Shown here: piece by piece, positions 12,771 through 24,200 of the stretch | Layout of the letters: the number at the start of each line of letters is the position of its first letter | How positions within the stretch are numbered: the stretch's first letter is position 1 | Assembly: GCA_024137785.1 (NCBI GenBank) | Contig: JAHRHZ010000002.1 | Span: forward strand, 9,914,694 to 9,957,357 | Length of the DNA: 42,664 nt | Direction of reading: 5' to 3' | Source of the DNA: Ginglymostoma cirratum | Lineage: Eukaryota | The notes under the pieces: generated by a model | Told to the model about the DNA's origin: nothing | What the model saw: the letters and a program-made list of their open reading frames with translations, nothing else | Databases searched by the model: none | Made by a program: the position numbers and the translations under genes

Positions 12771-13354
12771 CACTACCATTTATTTGCCATCCCTAATCAT
12801 CATGAAGAAGCTGACGAGAAGCCACCTCTTTGAACTTAGACCTGTTGCTGTCCATGTGGTGTAGGTAGACTCACATTGCTCTTCACCAGGGAGATCCAGA
12901 GTTTTGACCCAATGACAGTGAAGGGACAACGACACAGTTCAAAATAAGGTTGGCGAATGACTTGGAGGGGATCGTTCAGGAAGTGGTTTGAGCATGCATC
13001 GTTCTTGCACCTGAAGGTGCAGGTCTTGCTATATATGGACACAGCGTACTTCAGTACATGTGAAGACACAGAAAGTGCTGAACATTGTACAAGCATCAGC
13101 AGAACTGATGACCATATGATGGAGTGAAGTTCATTGGTGTAACCGCAGAAGTTCACTAAATGCAAATTGATCGCAAAACTTTCAGCTTCCTTCTCAAGTT
13201 GGTTTGATTTGAATATCTGATGTTTATGAAGAGCATTTTCCTTTCATAATGACTTGATGATGATTCAAATCTTTGATTTACTCTCAGCTGAATAAGAGAA
13301 CATCTTGCTGGGGTTGGGGTAATGTCCATCAATAGTGGAGCTACAGTAGTCAGA

Positions 13355-13703
13355 GGAAGGTGGTGGCCCTAGTGATATTATCTTTAGCCGATTGATCCGA
13401 AGACTCAGGTGATATTGTGTGGATTGGGGTTTGAATCCTATAGGCAGATGAAGAAATTTGAATTCGATGTATCTATACTTCAATGTCTGAAAATAAGCAA
13501 AGAGCAGTGACCATGAACCATTGTCAGGGAAAATCCCACCTGATTCTCTATTACCCTTAAAGGAAGGAAATCTCTGTCCTTATCTGATCTGACTGAGATA
13601 TGTCTCCAAAGCCATAACAGTGCAATTGACTCTGAAACAGGGATGGGCATCAAATGCTGGCCTAGCAAGTGACATCCACATCTTATGAATGAATAAAAAA
13701 AAA
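13355..13703 (+). mobile_element. tRNA-derived shark SINE (second family)
   Basis: Homologous to 10115-10465; ends GAATGAATAAAAAAAA. Confidence 0.8.
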
Positions 13704-14774
13704 TTTCATGTCAATTGCTGATGGGATTCAGTATCAACACGATTAGTCTCTCACCACCATTATATCGACAAGCAGCTAGCACACAATGATCCAGGCAGCT
13801 ACAATCGAAAGTGCGCACTCGGGAACCCAGTCTCAGCACCAAGTTCCTGATTCTTCCAGGTTTCTTGTAAGACAATGGTCCTTCCATCAGTACTTGATTA
13901 GATTTTGCGGCAGTTCAGGAGATCTTCCCATGGGCCTGGTTCCAGACTATACTAGGAGGGTGGATCAACTGGTCCCAGGCAACTGCCTTAACAATACTGC
14001 ACTCACTCCTGACCTATGGCTGCTGTTACATCAGGAAAAGAATCTGAAGATTTGGCATGTCCAAATATGTTTATAAGATCATTCTTGCTCGCCATCTGCC
14101 TCTCTCCCTCTCAGATCTTTGGATAACACTCATGAGATCTGTTTGTGAATATACCAAAACTTTTACTGGGAAACCGTTTGATGCTGACGAGGACCGTGTG
14201 AACATCAGTGTTCTCTGGGAGTATTCTGTCCCCTGGCCAAAGTGTTAGGGAATTCTTCCCCAGGTCTTACTGCATTTCCCATGGGCCATTTGCCACCTGC
14301 CTACCTGACGAGAACTGCCCCTGCCTCCAAACACTTGTTAATATACTTCAGTGCAAAGGACTGGCCAATTTACAATCTGTCAGGCACTTTGTTCAGCATT
14401 TCTACCCAATTTGGTCAGGTAAGCAAGATTTCAGGATTATCACTCAGTCTCTGTCTATTAATATGCTTCAAGATTGTTTCTTAGTTTACTTGTTGAGGAT
14501 TGAAGATCATCTGCCGGTCCTTACTAGATTGATAAGAGGCGTACACAGGTTGTCAAAAGTCTCTCTGTGATCAGTTCAGGAATGTCTATAGAATCTAGCA
14601 ACCTCAATGCAGGGAATGCAATGCTTGTCTTCAACCTTGTCGTAGTCCCTGAATACTTGGAATTGTTTATGTTTTTCCACACAGAGAGACGCAGAGATTC
14701 AATGCTGTGCCCACTGATTCCTCAAGAGTTCTATGCTATTCAAGAAAGTACTACTCAATTAAAGCACTGTAATT

Positions 14775-15690
14775 CATAGAGACGCAGAAGTGCTGTGGTG
14801 CAGAAAGAGGCCATTTGGCCCATCATGTCTCTCTAAATGAGCATTATGATTTAGTGCTATTCTCCTGTAGTTTCCACATGCCCTTGCATGTTGTTTCTAT
14901 TGAAATAATCATGTACTTCCATCTCGAATGCCTCAATTGATCTTGCCTCCTTCATACCTCCAGGCAATGCGTTCCAGATCTGAACCATTCATTGCACCTT
15001 GCATTTGCTTCTTTTGCAATTCAGTTTGTATCTCTACCCCACTCATTCTTGGTCCTGTTTTGAGTGGAAAGGGTTTCTCCCTATTGACTCCATCCAGCCC
15101 CTCATTATTTTGAAAACTTTTCCTCTTAATGTTCTTCTATCTAAAAACAGACCCATCCTCTTCAATTTAGTATCATAACTGAAGTTTCTCATCCATGGGA
15201 CCATTGTTGTAAATGTCTTTTGCATTCTGTCTGTTGAATTTATATTCTTCCCATAGTGTGGTGCCCAGCCCTGGATACAATGCTTGAGCTGAGGTGTGAT
15301 GTCTGTCTTCACCAAGTTCAGCATCACTTCCTTGCTCATGTACTCTGTGCCCTGTAAATGAAACCAAAAATACACCTTATTTTGTTAATTGCTCACTCCA
15401 CTTGTCCTTCAGTAATGTGCACATATACACCCAAGTCCCTCTGCTCCTTTACCTCCTCTAGAACTGTACCATCTACTTTATATTGTCCATCCTTGTTCTT
15501 CATAAAACCCATTACCTTCGTACTTCTCCGCACCGAACTTCTCTGTCACCTGTCCTCTCACGTCACTAACTTGTCTATGTCCTTTGGAAGTTCTGAACTA
15601 TCCTCCTCACAATTTAACGTTCTCCCAAGTCTCTTGTGTCATCCAAAAACTTTAACATTCCCCTTTGCACACAAAAATCACAATCATTAG
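14775..15690 (-). mobile_element. CR1-type LINE 3' fragment
   Basis: EYMSKEVMLNL..PQLKHCIQGWAPHY..RMQKTFT motifs. Confidence 0.8.
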
Positions 15691-16039
15691 TCATGTCTTT
15701 CCCGTTGCTCAAGTAACTTGGTGTCCACATCACTACAGTCCTTGTTAACTTTATCACTTTTCTTCGTGAAGGAAATTTTCTCTAAACCAGTTTTTAGCTA
15801 ACTTAGTTATTCCTGAAGCACGAATTTCCCTAATTTCTCATCTTGGATCAAACACATACCAAAGGTCCCAGAATTATCTGACCATTATTGACTTTCTTCA
15901 GCACTCTCTCTCACTACAGATCACCTCATTCAACAATATTCTTTATTCTTTGGATGGACTGCTGTTAATTTCTCAACTATCAGTTTACAAGTACATTTAA
16001 TTAAAGCAAGATTATTCAGGAACTTCACCTGTATCCATC

Positions 16040-16975
16040 TTGTTATTCACTCCACAATAACACTCAACACTGGAGCCCCCAAGGATGTGTCCTCAGGCCC
16101 CTATTGTACTCCCTGCATACCTACGATAGTGTTGCCAAATTCTGAATGAACGCCATCTACAAGTTCGCTGATGAACCACAGTAATGGGACAGATATCTAA
16201 CAATGACAAGTCAAAATACAGAAGAGAGATAGAGGGCTTGGTGACATGGTGCAATGAAAACAATCTATTTCTCAACGTCAGCAAAACTAAAGAACTGAAA
16301 CTCGACTTCAGAAGGAAAGGAGGAGAACACACCCCCATCCCATCAACGGACCTGAGGTTGAGAGAGTGAAGAGCATCAAGTTCATCAGAGTGACGATAAG
16401 CGATCACCTATCCTGGACTTCCTAAGTAAATGCAACGGTCGAGAATGCACAACAATGTCACTTCTTTTTCAGCAGCTCAGGAAATTTGGAATGTCCTTGA
16501 GGTCCCTCACCAATTTCTACAGATACACCATTGAAAGCATACTGTCTGGGTGCAGAACAGTCTGGTACAGCAATTGCTCTACCCAGGGCTATAAGAAACT
16601 ACAGAAGGTGGTGTGCACAGCCCAGACCCTCACAGAAGCCAACCTTCCATCCATGGACCTGTTTACATGGCTCACTGCTGCTGAAAGGTGACCAACATCA
16701 TCAAAGATTCGTCGCACCCTGGTGATGACCTCCTACGACCTCTTCCATCAGGCAGAAAATACAGCATCCTGAACACACACACCAGGAGGTTCAGGAACAG
16801 CTCCTTTCTGGCTGTTATCAGACTGTTGAATGGACTCTAGCCTCAAATAATGCAACCTGTATGCTTCTGAGTCTTTTTCATCTGTACATCCTTTGCGTGC
16901 TGTGACCTGCCTGTACTGCTTGTAAACAAAGCTTTTCACTGTATTTCAGGACACGTGACAATAAATCAACCAACT
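16040..16975 (+). mobile_element. Rex1/Babar-type LINE 3' fragment
   Basis: TLNTGAP.GCVL.P, YKFADE, YRREIEGLVTWCNENNLFLNVSKTKEL.LDFRR and FYRYTIESILSGC motifs; AATAAA tail. Confidence 0.85.
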
Positions 16976-18879
16976 TGTATTATGCATTATTTTCCCCTTT
17001 ATCTGTGCTGATGCAAGTCCGTTTGACTTTATTTTACTCCCTCTCACCATTACTACGTTCGTTGTCTTCATGTCAGTTCCTCTGCTCAGTACTTGACTCA
17101 GTGTTTTCCTGTTGTGCAGGTCACAATCTATAAAGTTACATAATATCCCACTATCAGACCACACTTTCTTTACTTTCAAATAATCTTATGAAAAGATCAA
17201 AGTGGTTCACTGTCTGATTTTCATTTATCCTCTCCTGCATGGTTGTGATGTCTCAAAGGGTGACAAAATTGTCCCTTTCAGTTCTCTTAGAAAGTTCATG
17301 GTCATGGATATAAATATGTCAATCCAATGCATTCACAAGAATGTATATCAATACAATATATTATCTCTTATTGAATTAAGTTCAGTTGAGATATTCAAGT
17401 TTGCATGGGGTGCTGCATCCTTTCTCAATAACTTTACCCCTTACCCTCAACCACTTCCTCATATTGAGACCATTCCTTGACATCAAGTTGCTGAAAACTG
17501 GCATCTGCTCGTGAGGGAGCACAGCACAAGCTCATCCACTCAGCACGTCTGACTGATGATGGATGCAAATGAGAACATAAGAAGAAGGAGCAGCAGTGAG
17601 CAATTCAGCCCCTTGAGCCTAACACTCAGTGTGGTCTCAACTCATGTTCCTGCCAGTTTCCCATACCCCATCAATCTGCTACTGATTAAAAACCTGTCTG
17701 TATCCTCCTTAACTTCACTCAATGTCCCAGCATCTACTTCACTCTGGGGTAGTGAATTCCACACATTCATGATCAAATCCTCTTTTTTCTGAACTGTTTT
17801 ACTCCAGTTTCATTCAGGATGAGGCAGTGTGTACAGCCACCTTTTCGTGTTGATTACCATTCACAACTGGATATGGAAGGATTGTAAACACACTCAGATC
17901 TCTCTGCTACTGCCCCCCAACCTGATGTGACATGTCCACATTTGCCTGATCAGAGTTGGTCCAAGTTACCAGAAAGATTCACTCCTCCACGAAATTTCTG
18001 AGCAATCAAAATCAGGATCAACTGACTGGGGACATGGAGCAGACAGGGTCTTGAAGATTACTTTTTGCCAGTCCTCTGCATTCCAGCTCCAAATTCACAA
18101 TGAGGGGCTGGAATGGTCCAAGGGCCTTGTGTTCCAGTTAAAGCTCTTTTGTATGAAAACCAATGTCAGTTTCTCATTTTAACTTCTCTAGTAATCACTT
18201 ACGTGGTCATTGTTAAATGTATTTCTAAAGTCCAAGCATTCTACATCCACTACATTCCCCTATCATGTGTCTATCCCCTCCTCAAATAATGATGGCTGTT
18301 TTGACAAGTTGTTTCTATCTCTTTGCACATTCTGCACTATGTTTAGTTTTTAATTATTAATTCCTTACAGTTTTATCCTTAAGAGACTCAGTATTGTTGT
18401 TCTCCACATTAGGAGGACATGTCTTCAGAAAAGGACAAAGGACAGAGACAGGAATTGGAAGGATAAATTCTTTTATTTTTGCAGATTCAGCAGAGACAAC
18501 ATTGCTATAATGGATTCTACATTGAAAGGATAAATCAAATATCCTGAATAGATAAACCTAAATGGTCAGAAGTGCAAACTTTGGCAGGACTTGGGGCTGA
18601 CTGTGAAAGGAGACAGCCTGCAGTGTGAGAACAAAACGATAAACACAAAAAAAAGGTAACAACTTTAAGAAATCTAGATGGAAGACATGAGTAGGCCTTT
18701 AAATTCCATTAACACAACTCCATTTAAAAAAATCACTTGCTTTTGCTTTATTAATAAAAGATTCAAAAATGAGTCAACATACAAATCTTATATTACTGAA
18801 ATGTAATAACTCTAAGAATTCACGACATAAATCAAGAATGCCTGCAATCTCAGGAGTAGCTGCAAGATCCATTTGAGTG

Positions 18880-19160
18880 CAAGATGTCAAGACTGGGGGC
18901 CATATTTTTAGGGTGAGAGGAGAAATATTTTAAAAAGACACGAGGGCAACTTTTTTACACAGCGAGTGGTCCATGTGTGGAATGAAATTCCAAAGGAAGT
19001 GGTGGATATGGGTACAGTTACAACATTTATATTTGGATAAGTACATGAATTAGAAATATTTGGAGGGATATGGACCAAGTGCAGGCAGGTAGGACTAGTT
19101 TAGTTTGGGATTATGTTCGGCATGGATTGAAGGGTCTGTTTCTGTTCTGTATGACTCTAT
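18880..19160 (+). mobile_element. CR1 3' end fragment
   Basis: FFTQRVVHVWNE motif and TATGACTCTATG tail. Confidence 0.8.
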
Positions 19161-19671
19161 GCTCCGTAAACAGCTTAACACAATTTCTGAGTCAGAGAGA
19201 GAGGAACAGAAAAAATCGTGGAGCCTTGAACCCAAGACAGGAGAGCCGCAGACCATGATTACCCTGCTTTAATGAGGCTTTGCACCAGGAAGTTTATAAA
19301 TTGACATAAGTGTGAAAATAGGAAATAGCTCAAGTCAGAGAGTCTGAGACTGCAGCATGCCATGGGCAGGAGATCAATTCATGATGTCTATTGCCATCTG
19401 ACAGTGTATACCTTAATAAAGTAATAATTGGCTTCAATCAGTCTCTGTAACAAGAGCGTAGAAAAGGTTTCACTCAATATTTAAGGTGCAGGAAAATTCA
19501 AATGAAGTCTGGGATGATCTCACTGATGAGTGACTGACAAAGGGATCACGTGTATGTGCTGAATTGACTGACAGAATAGTGCATGTAGCATGACCATTGG
19601 GTAGTGTTCTGTGGAGATGAAATTTCTGAGGAAAAATAGTCAAGGTTTAAAAGTTGTTTCCTGAAATGCAG

Positions 19672-19995
19672 CCATCACCGGCAATGCCAGCATTTATTGT
19701 CCACAGGGCAGTTAAGAGTTAACCAGCTCTGCAGTGACATGTAGACCAGACCAGACCAGACCAGATAAGGATGACAGATTTCTCTCCCTAAAGGGCATGA
19801 GTGAACCAGATTACTTTTTATGACAATCAGTGATGGTTACGTGGTCACCATTAGACCAGCTCTTAATTCTAAATTTGACTGAATTTGCATTTCGCCATCT
19901 GCCACTGAATTTTCTGAACCTATGCCCCTGCAAAATATTAAGCTGGCCTTCTGGATGCTTAGGATAGTGACATTACCACTGTGCCACCATCTGCT
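19672..19995 (-). mobile_element. tRNA-derived shark SINE (second family)
   Basis: Homologous to 10115-10465; internal (GACCA)n expansion. Confidence 0.75.
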
Positions 19996-21249
19996 CCGAA
20001 TGTGAAACTCTCCATATCATGTCAGATATTGTCTCAATAATCTATAATTAGCAAAACGCTATTATTTCTCAAATCCAGATCATCTATTCAAATTACTCCA
20101 GAAATTGCAGTAGAATTAATTAGAAGATCAATCACAGCAACGGAAATGGAGTTTCTGAAGGACATCAGAGGCCACTGGGGAAGAGAAAAAGCATGGTTAC
20201 AGACTGCAGAAAACCTAGCAGACCCTGAAACATCTCCCCCAAACACCAGGAGCAAAACACAAAAACCCATTCCCTAAACATCAGTAAAACCCCTCAGACC
20301 CACACCCTAAACACCAGCAAAACCCACAGGGGCACAGGAAGATAGTGAGGCCATTTAGCCCCTCAATCCTGTTCCACTGTTCAATGAGATCATGGGTAGT
20401 CTGGCACCTCAATCTATTTATCCATCTTCCAGCAGTTCCTTAATTTTGAGTTTTATTGATTTTTAATTCACCAAAGTCAATTTTGCATGAATTTTCTTTT
20501 GAGGAGGGTTCTAACCATTTCCTCCCCTATGTGTGTGGAAGTGTTTCCCACTTTCACTCTCAATAGGTGTGATTCCAATTACACTGACATTCCAGTCCGA
20601 GACGCCCCAACCAGGGGAAACAGTTCCCCTCTATCTACCATGTCCACTTCTCTTAATATTTGAAAACCTCCATCAAATCAGCCCTTAACTTTCTACATTT
20701 TAGGGAACACAGCCCCGTTTGTTTAATCTGTGTAATTTAACCCTTGAAGACCAGCTTTCATTCAGGTCCGTCGACACTGCATTCCCTCCAAGATCATAAA
20801 TCTCCTCAGAGTCTGGTTTCCTGAACTGATCTAAGTTCTCTATCATGTCCAGACCCCACCCACCTCTCTGCATTCCACAAACACCCAGAAATGCAGAATT
20901 CCAGGACAGCAATGCTAAACTCAAGGAACAAACTACAGTGAGAACTCTCATAATATTGACTCCCTTTAGGAAGGCCGCATCCAGGATGAAAAGTCTCTGG
21001 ATATTTCTAGAGCCCAAACCCCACCTCTCGGAGATATATTGAGGCTTAGACCCATACAGGGTCAGCCCTCTACAGGAGATCAGTCTGAAAGCTCCACGTT
21101 GAACTGTTTAAGCTGGTCTTTAATGATCATACAGAGCGAGAGAGAGAGACTGAGCTCAGAGTACACCCTCCAGATTGTACAATTAACACCAGTTCCAATT
21201 CCCCTGTTACAATGACCTGTTCCCATCAATGAACAACAATGTTCATACC

Positions 21250-21293
21250 TCAGGAAACGGCAGGACTGTCTGAGAATTCCGTTTCATCAGAAG
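21250..21293 (-). CDS. Gene A exon 7 coding part: cytoplasmic (TSDETEFSDSPAVS*)
   Basis: Strong acceptor cttctctttcccttaacag and an SD motif typical of class I exon 7. TGA at 21252-21250, then G|gtatga donor. Confidence 0.85.
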
Positions 21294-24200
21294 CTGTTAA
21301 GGGAAAGAGAAGATTAAAAACCATTCATTATCAGAGCAAGAGAAAGAATGAGACAGACAGTGCGTAACAGACAGAGAGTGCGTAAGACAGGCAGCGAGAA
21401 ACAAGAGAGTGAGACAATGATGGAGAGCAAGAAACGAGACAGACAGCATGCGAGAAACAGAACAAAATGAGACAGCAAAAGAGCATGAGAGAGAAACAAA
21501 AGAGAGAAAGCACAAGAGGAAAAATGAGAGACAGAACAAATGAGTGAGAGAAGTGAGAGCCAGAGACATGAAGAGTGTGAGAGGGAGAAATGAACGAAAG
21601 AGAGAGTGCAAGAGAGGGCTAAATGAGAGACAGAGAGTGCACGAGACCAAGAGAAGAATGAAAGACAGACAGACAGACCAGACAGAGAACAATAACAGAA
21701 ACTGCTTGAGAAACCCATTATGTCTGGCAGCATCTGAGGAGACAGAGAGCAGAGTTAACGCTTTGGATTCAGTGACCCCTCAACAGAACTCCCAGAACGA
21801 AATGTCACTGGACTCAAAACGTTTACTGTTTTCTCTCCACCAATGCTACCAAACCTACTTAGTTGCTTCAGCAATTTCTGTTTTCTGTTTCAGATCTCCA
21901 GCATTTGCAGTTTTTTGTTTGAAACAGAAAGAACAGCTCATCGTACAATAACACAGATGCCGAGATGTCTGAATTATCAGCTTACTGTCTGTGGGACTGT
22001 AGTTGCTCTTCACTTGTCCTGTAAAACAAGGAATGTTCGGTGAGTGTCAAGAGACTGTCAGAAAATCAGAGGAAATGCTGGAGACCCTCACTCGCATCTA
22101 GACTCAGCCCCTCATGCCCATATTGCCCTGATCTGCTGACACCCAACACTAAACTGAGAGCCAAACACAATCTGAAATCTCTGACTTTACACTCACAACC
22201 TGAGACTCTGAACCCTGAGACCTTCCACCTTACCCTAAGAAACAGCTTACCATCACAGATCCTCCTTCACAAACTGAGGCCCTCTCCCCACAGCCTGAGC
22301 CATCGCTAACAAGGAGACTGAGTCATAAACAGAGATTCCTTGCCCACCCTCCGAACCCACGCAAACAGCCGGAGACCATGAGATACTGCAACAGAATTAG
22401 GCCATTCAGCCCATCAGGTATGCTCCAACATTCAATCGTGACTGATATGTTTCTCAACCCCATTCCCCTGCCTTCCCCTATAATCCTTGATCCGCTTACC
22501 AATTAAATACCTAACTATCTCTGTCTTGAGGACACTCAGTGTCTTGGCCTCCACACCCTCCTGCAACAATGGGTTTCCACAGAATCACCGCTGTCTGGCT
22601 GAGAAAATTCCTCCTCAGTTCTAAAGGGTTGTCCCTTCTCACACTATACTAGTCCCTTGGGTCCTAGTCTCTCCTGCTAGTGGAAGCATCTTCTCCACAT
22701 CCACTCTATCCAGGCCTCTCAGTAATCTGTAAATTTCAATGAGATTCGCCATCAACCTTCAAAACTCCACGGAACACAGACGCAGAGTTCTCAACCACTC
22801 CTCATATGACAAACCCTTCAACCCAGGGATCATTCTTGTAAACCTCCTCTGGATTCCCAAGGGCAGCACATCCTTTCTTAGACATGGGACCCAAAACTGC
22901 TCACAATGTTCCTTCACTTTATTCTGGCCATCTCGCTTTTGGCTCTCCAACTCCCTGAGCCCCCCAGAGAGAAGCTGCAATTTTCTCACAAACTCTTACC
23001 TTTCTTCTTGTAAATGATGACAGCCCCAACAGCGACAGCGATAGCGATGATCCCGATGACTCCAAATACAATCCCAAGAGTAACAGGAACCTGAGAGTGA
23101 GACTTTGGGTCTGTCAGAGAGAGAGAGAGAGAAAATCAGAGCGAGTAAGAGAAAAAAAAAGTGGGAGAGAGGCAGACACAAAGAGAGAGGGGAGACAGGG
23201 AGACAGAGACAGAGAGCAAGAAAGTTAAGAAAAACTTGCGTTTTGCAGGATATACTGCATACATTCAGGTCATTTGGTCCAATCAGTATATCGTCACTTT
23301 TATCCACTGAAGCTCCTTCCTGATCTAAATCTGTCATCGACAATTGCTATTCCTTTCTAATTTCCACTTAAATACATTTCAACAAGTCAGGCTCCCTGCA
23401 GCAGCAAGCTTCACATTCTCCCCATTCTTCGGCTGGAGAAGTTTCTTTTGAATTTCTTTTGGAATTTTTGGTGACTGTCTGGTGTTGGTAGTCTTGAGTT
23501 TCTTCCCCAAACACGCTCTGCACCCACTCTATCAAAATGTTTTATTCATTTAAAGATCTCTATAGATTCACCCTTGGGGATTTATTATTCCAGAGAGACC
23601 CAGCCTGCCAATCCTTTCCTTGATAATGTTCACTCACATATTTCTGACATCGTCATTGTAAATCTTCTCTCCACCCTCTCCAGTACCTGAATATCCTTTC
23701 AACCACATGGTGACCTTAACTGTCTACAGTACTCTGCATGGTGGTCTCTTAATTTTTCAGGAGAGATTTAACAGAATAACAAAACCTTCAATTATATTAG
23801 AAAAGGTAAGAAGTTTTATTGCTTGACTTGCAGCACAGAGGCTCAGTGGTTAGCACTGCAGTCACGCAGAGTCAGGGACCCAGGTTCAATTCCACCCTCG
23901 GGTGACTGTTTGTGTGGAGTCTGTACATTCTCCGCGAGTCTGCATGGGTTTCGTCTGGGTCCTCCAGTTTACTCCCAAAGTCCAAAGATGTGCAGGCTAG
24001 GTGGGTTGTCCAGGGATGTGCATGCCAGGTGAAGTAACCACAGGAAAGGCAGGGTTACAAGGACAGGATGAGAGCAGGGGGTGGTGAGTCTGAGTGAATG
24101 CTCTTCGGAGTGTCGCCGTGGACTCAATGGGCCAAATGGCCTGCATGCACACTTCACTGATTCAATGCTACAGTCGTCCTGTTCATTGCCTCCCCCTAAT

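Larger units (their letters stand above)
18725..20174 (-). other. Candidate non-coding terminal (3' UTR) exon of gene A
   Basis: Strong acceptor gctttttctcttccccag at 20175-20192. AATAAA on the minus strand at 19693-19698 (inside a SINE) and at 18747-18752, the latter followed by a T/GT-rich stretch. Confidence 0.4.

Noticed and set aside
13265-13287. Alternative terminal exon (ttctcttattcag|CT GAG AGT AAA TCA AAG ATT TGA, AESKSKI*)
   Set aside because: It is phase-compatible but 8 kb away, downstream of a stronger acceptor and poly(A) signals, and exon 7 already carries a stop.
13740-14700. Cluster of short ORFs, possibly an old LTR pol remnant
   Set aside because: I could not identify any motif with confidence, so it is left unannotated.
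21297-21733. Hydrophobic Leu/Ser/Cys-rich ORFs resembling membrane proteins
   Set aside because: They are artefacts of the TC/AG low-complexity tract.
23829-23900. tRNA genes at SINE heads
   Set aside because: The A and B boxes continue into SINE body and tail sequence; these are not standalone tRNAs.
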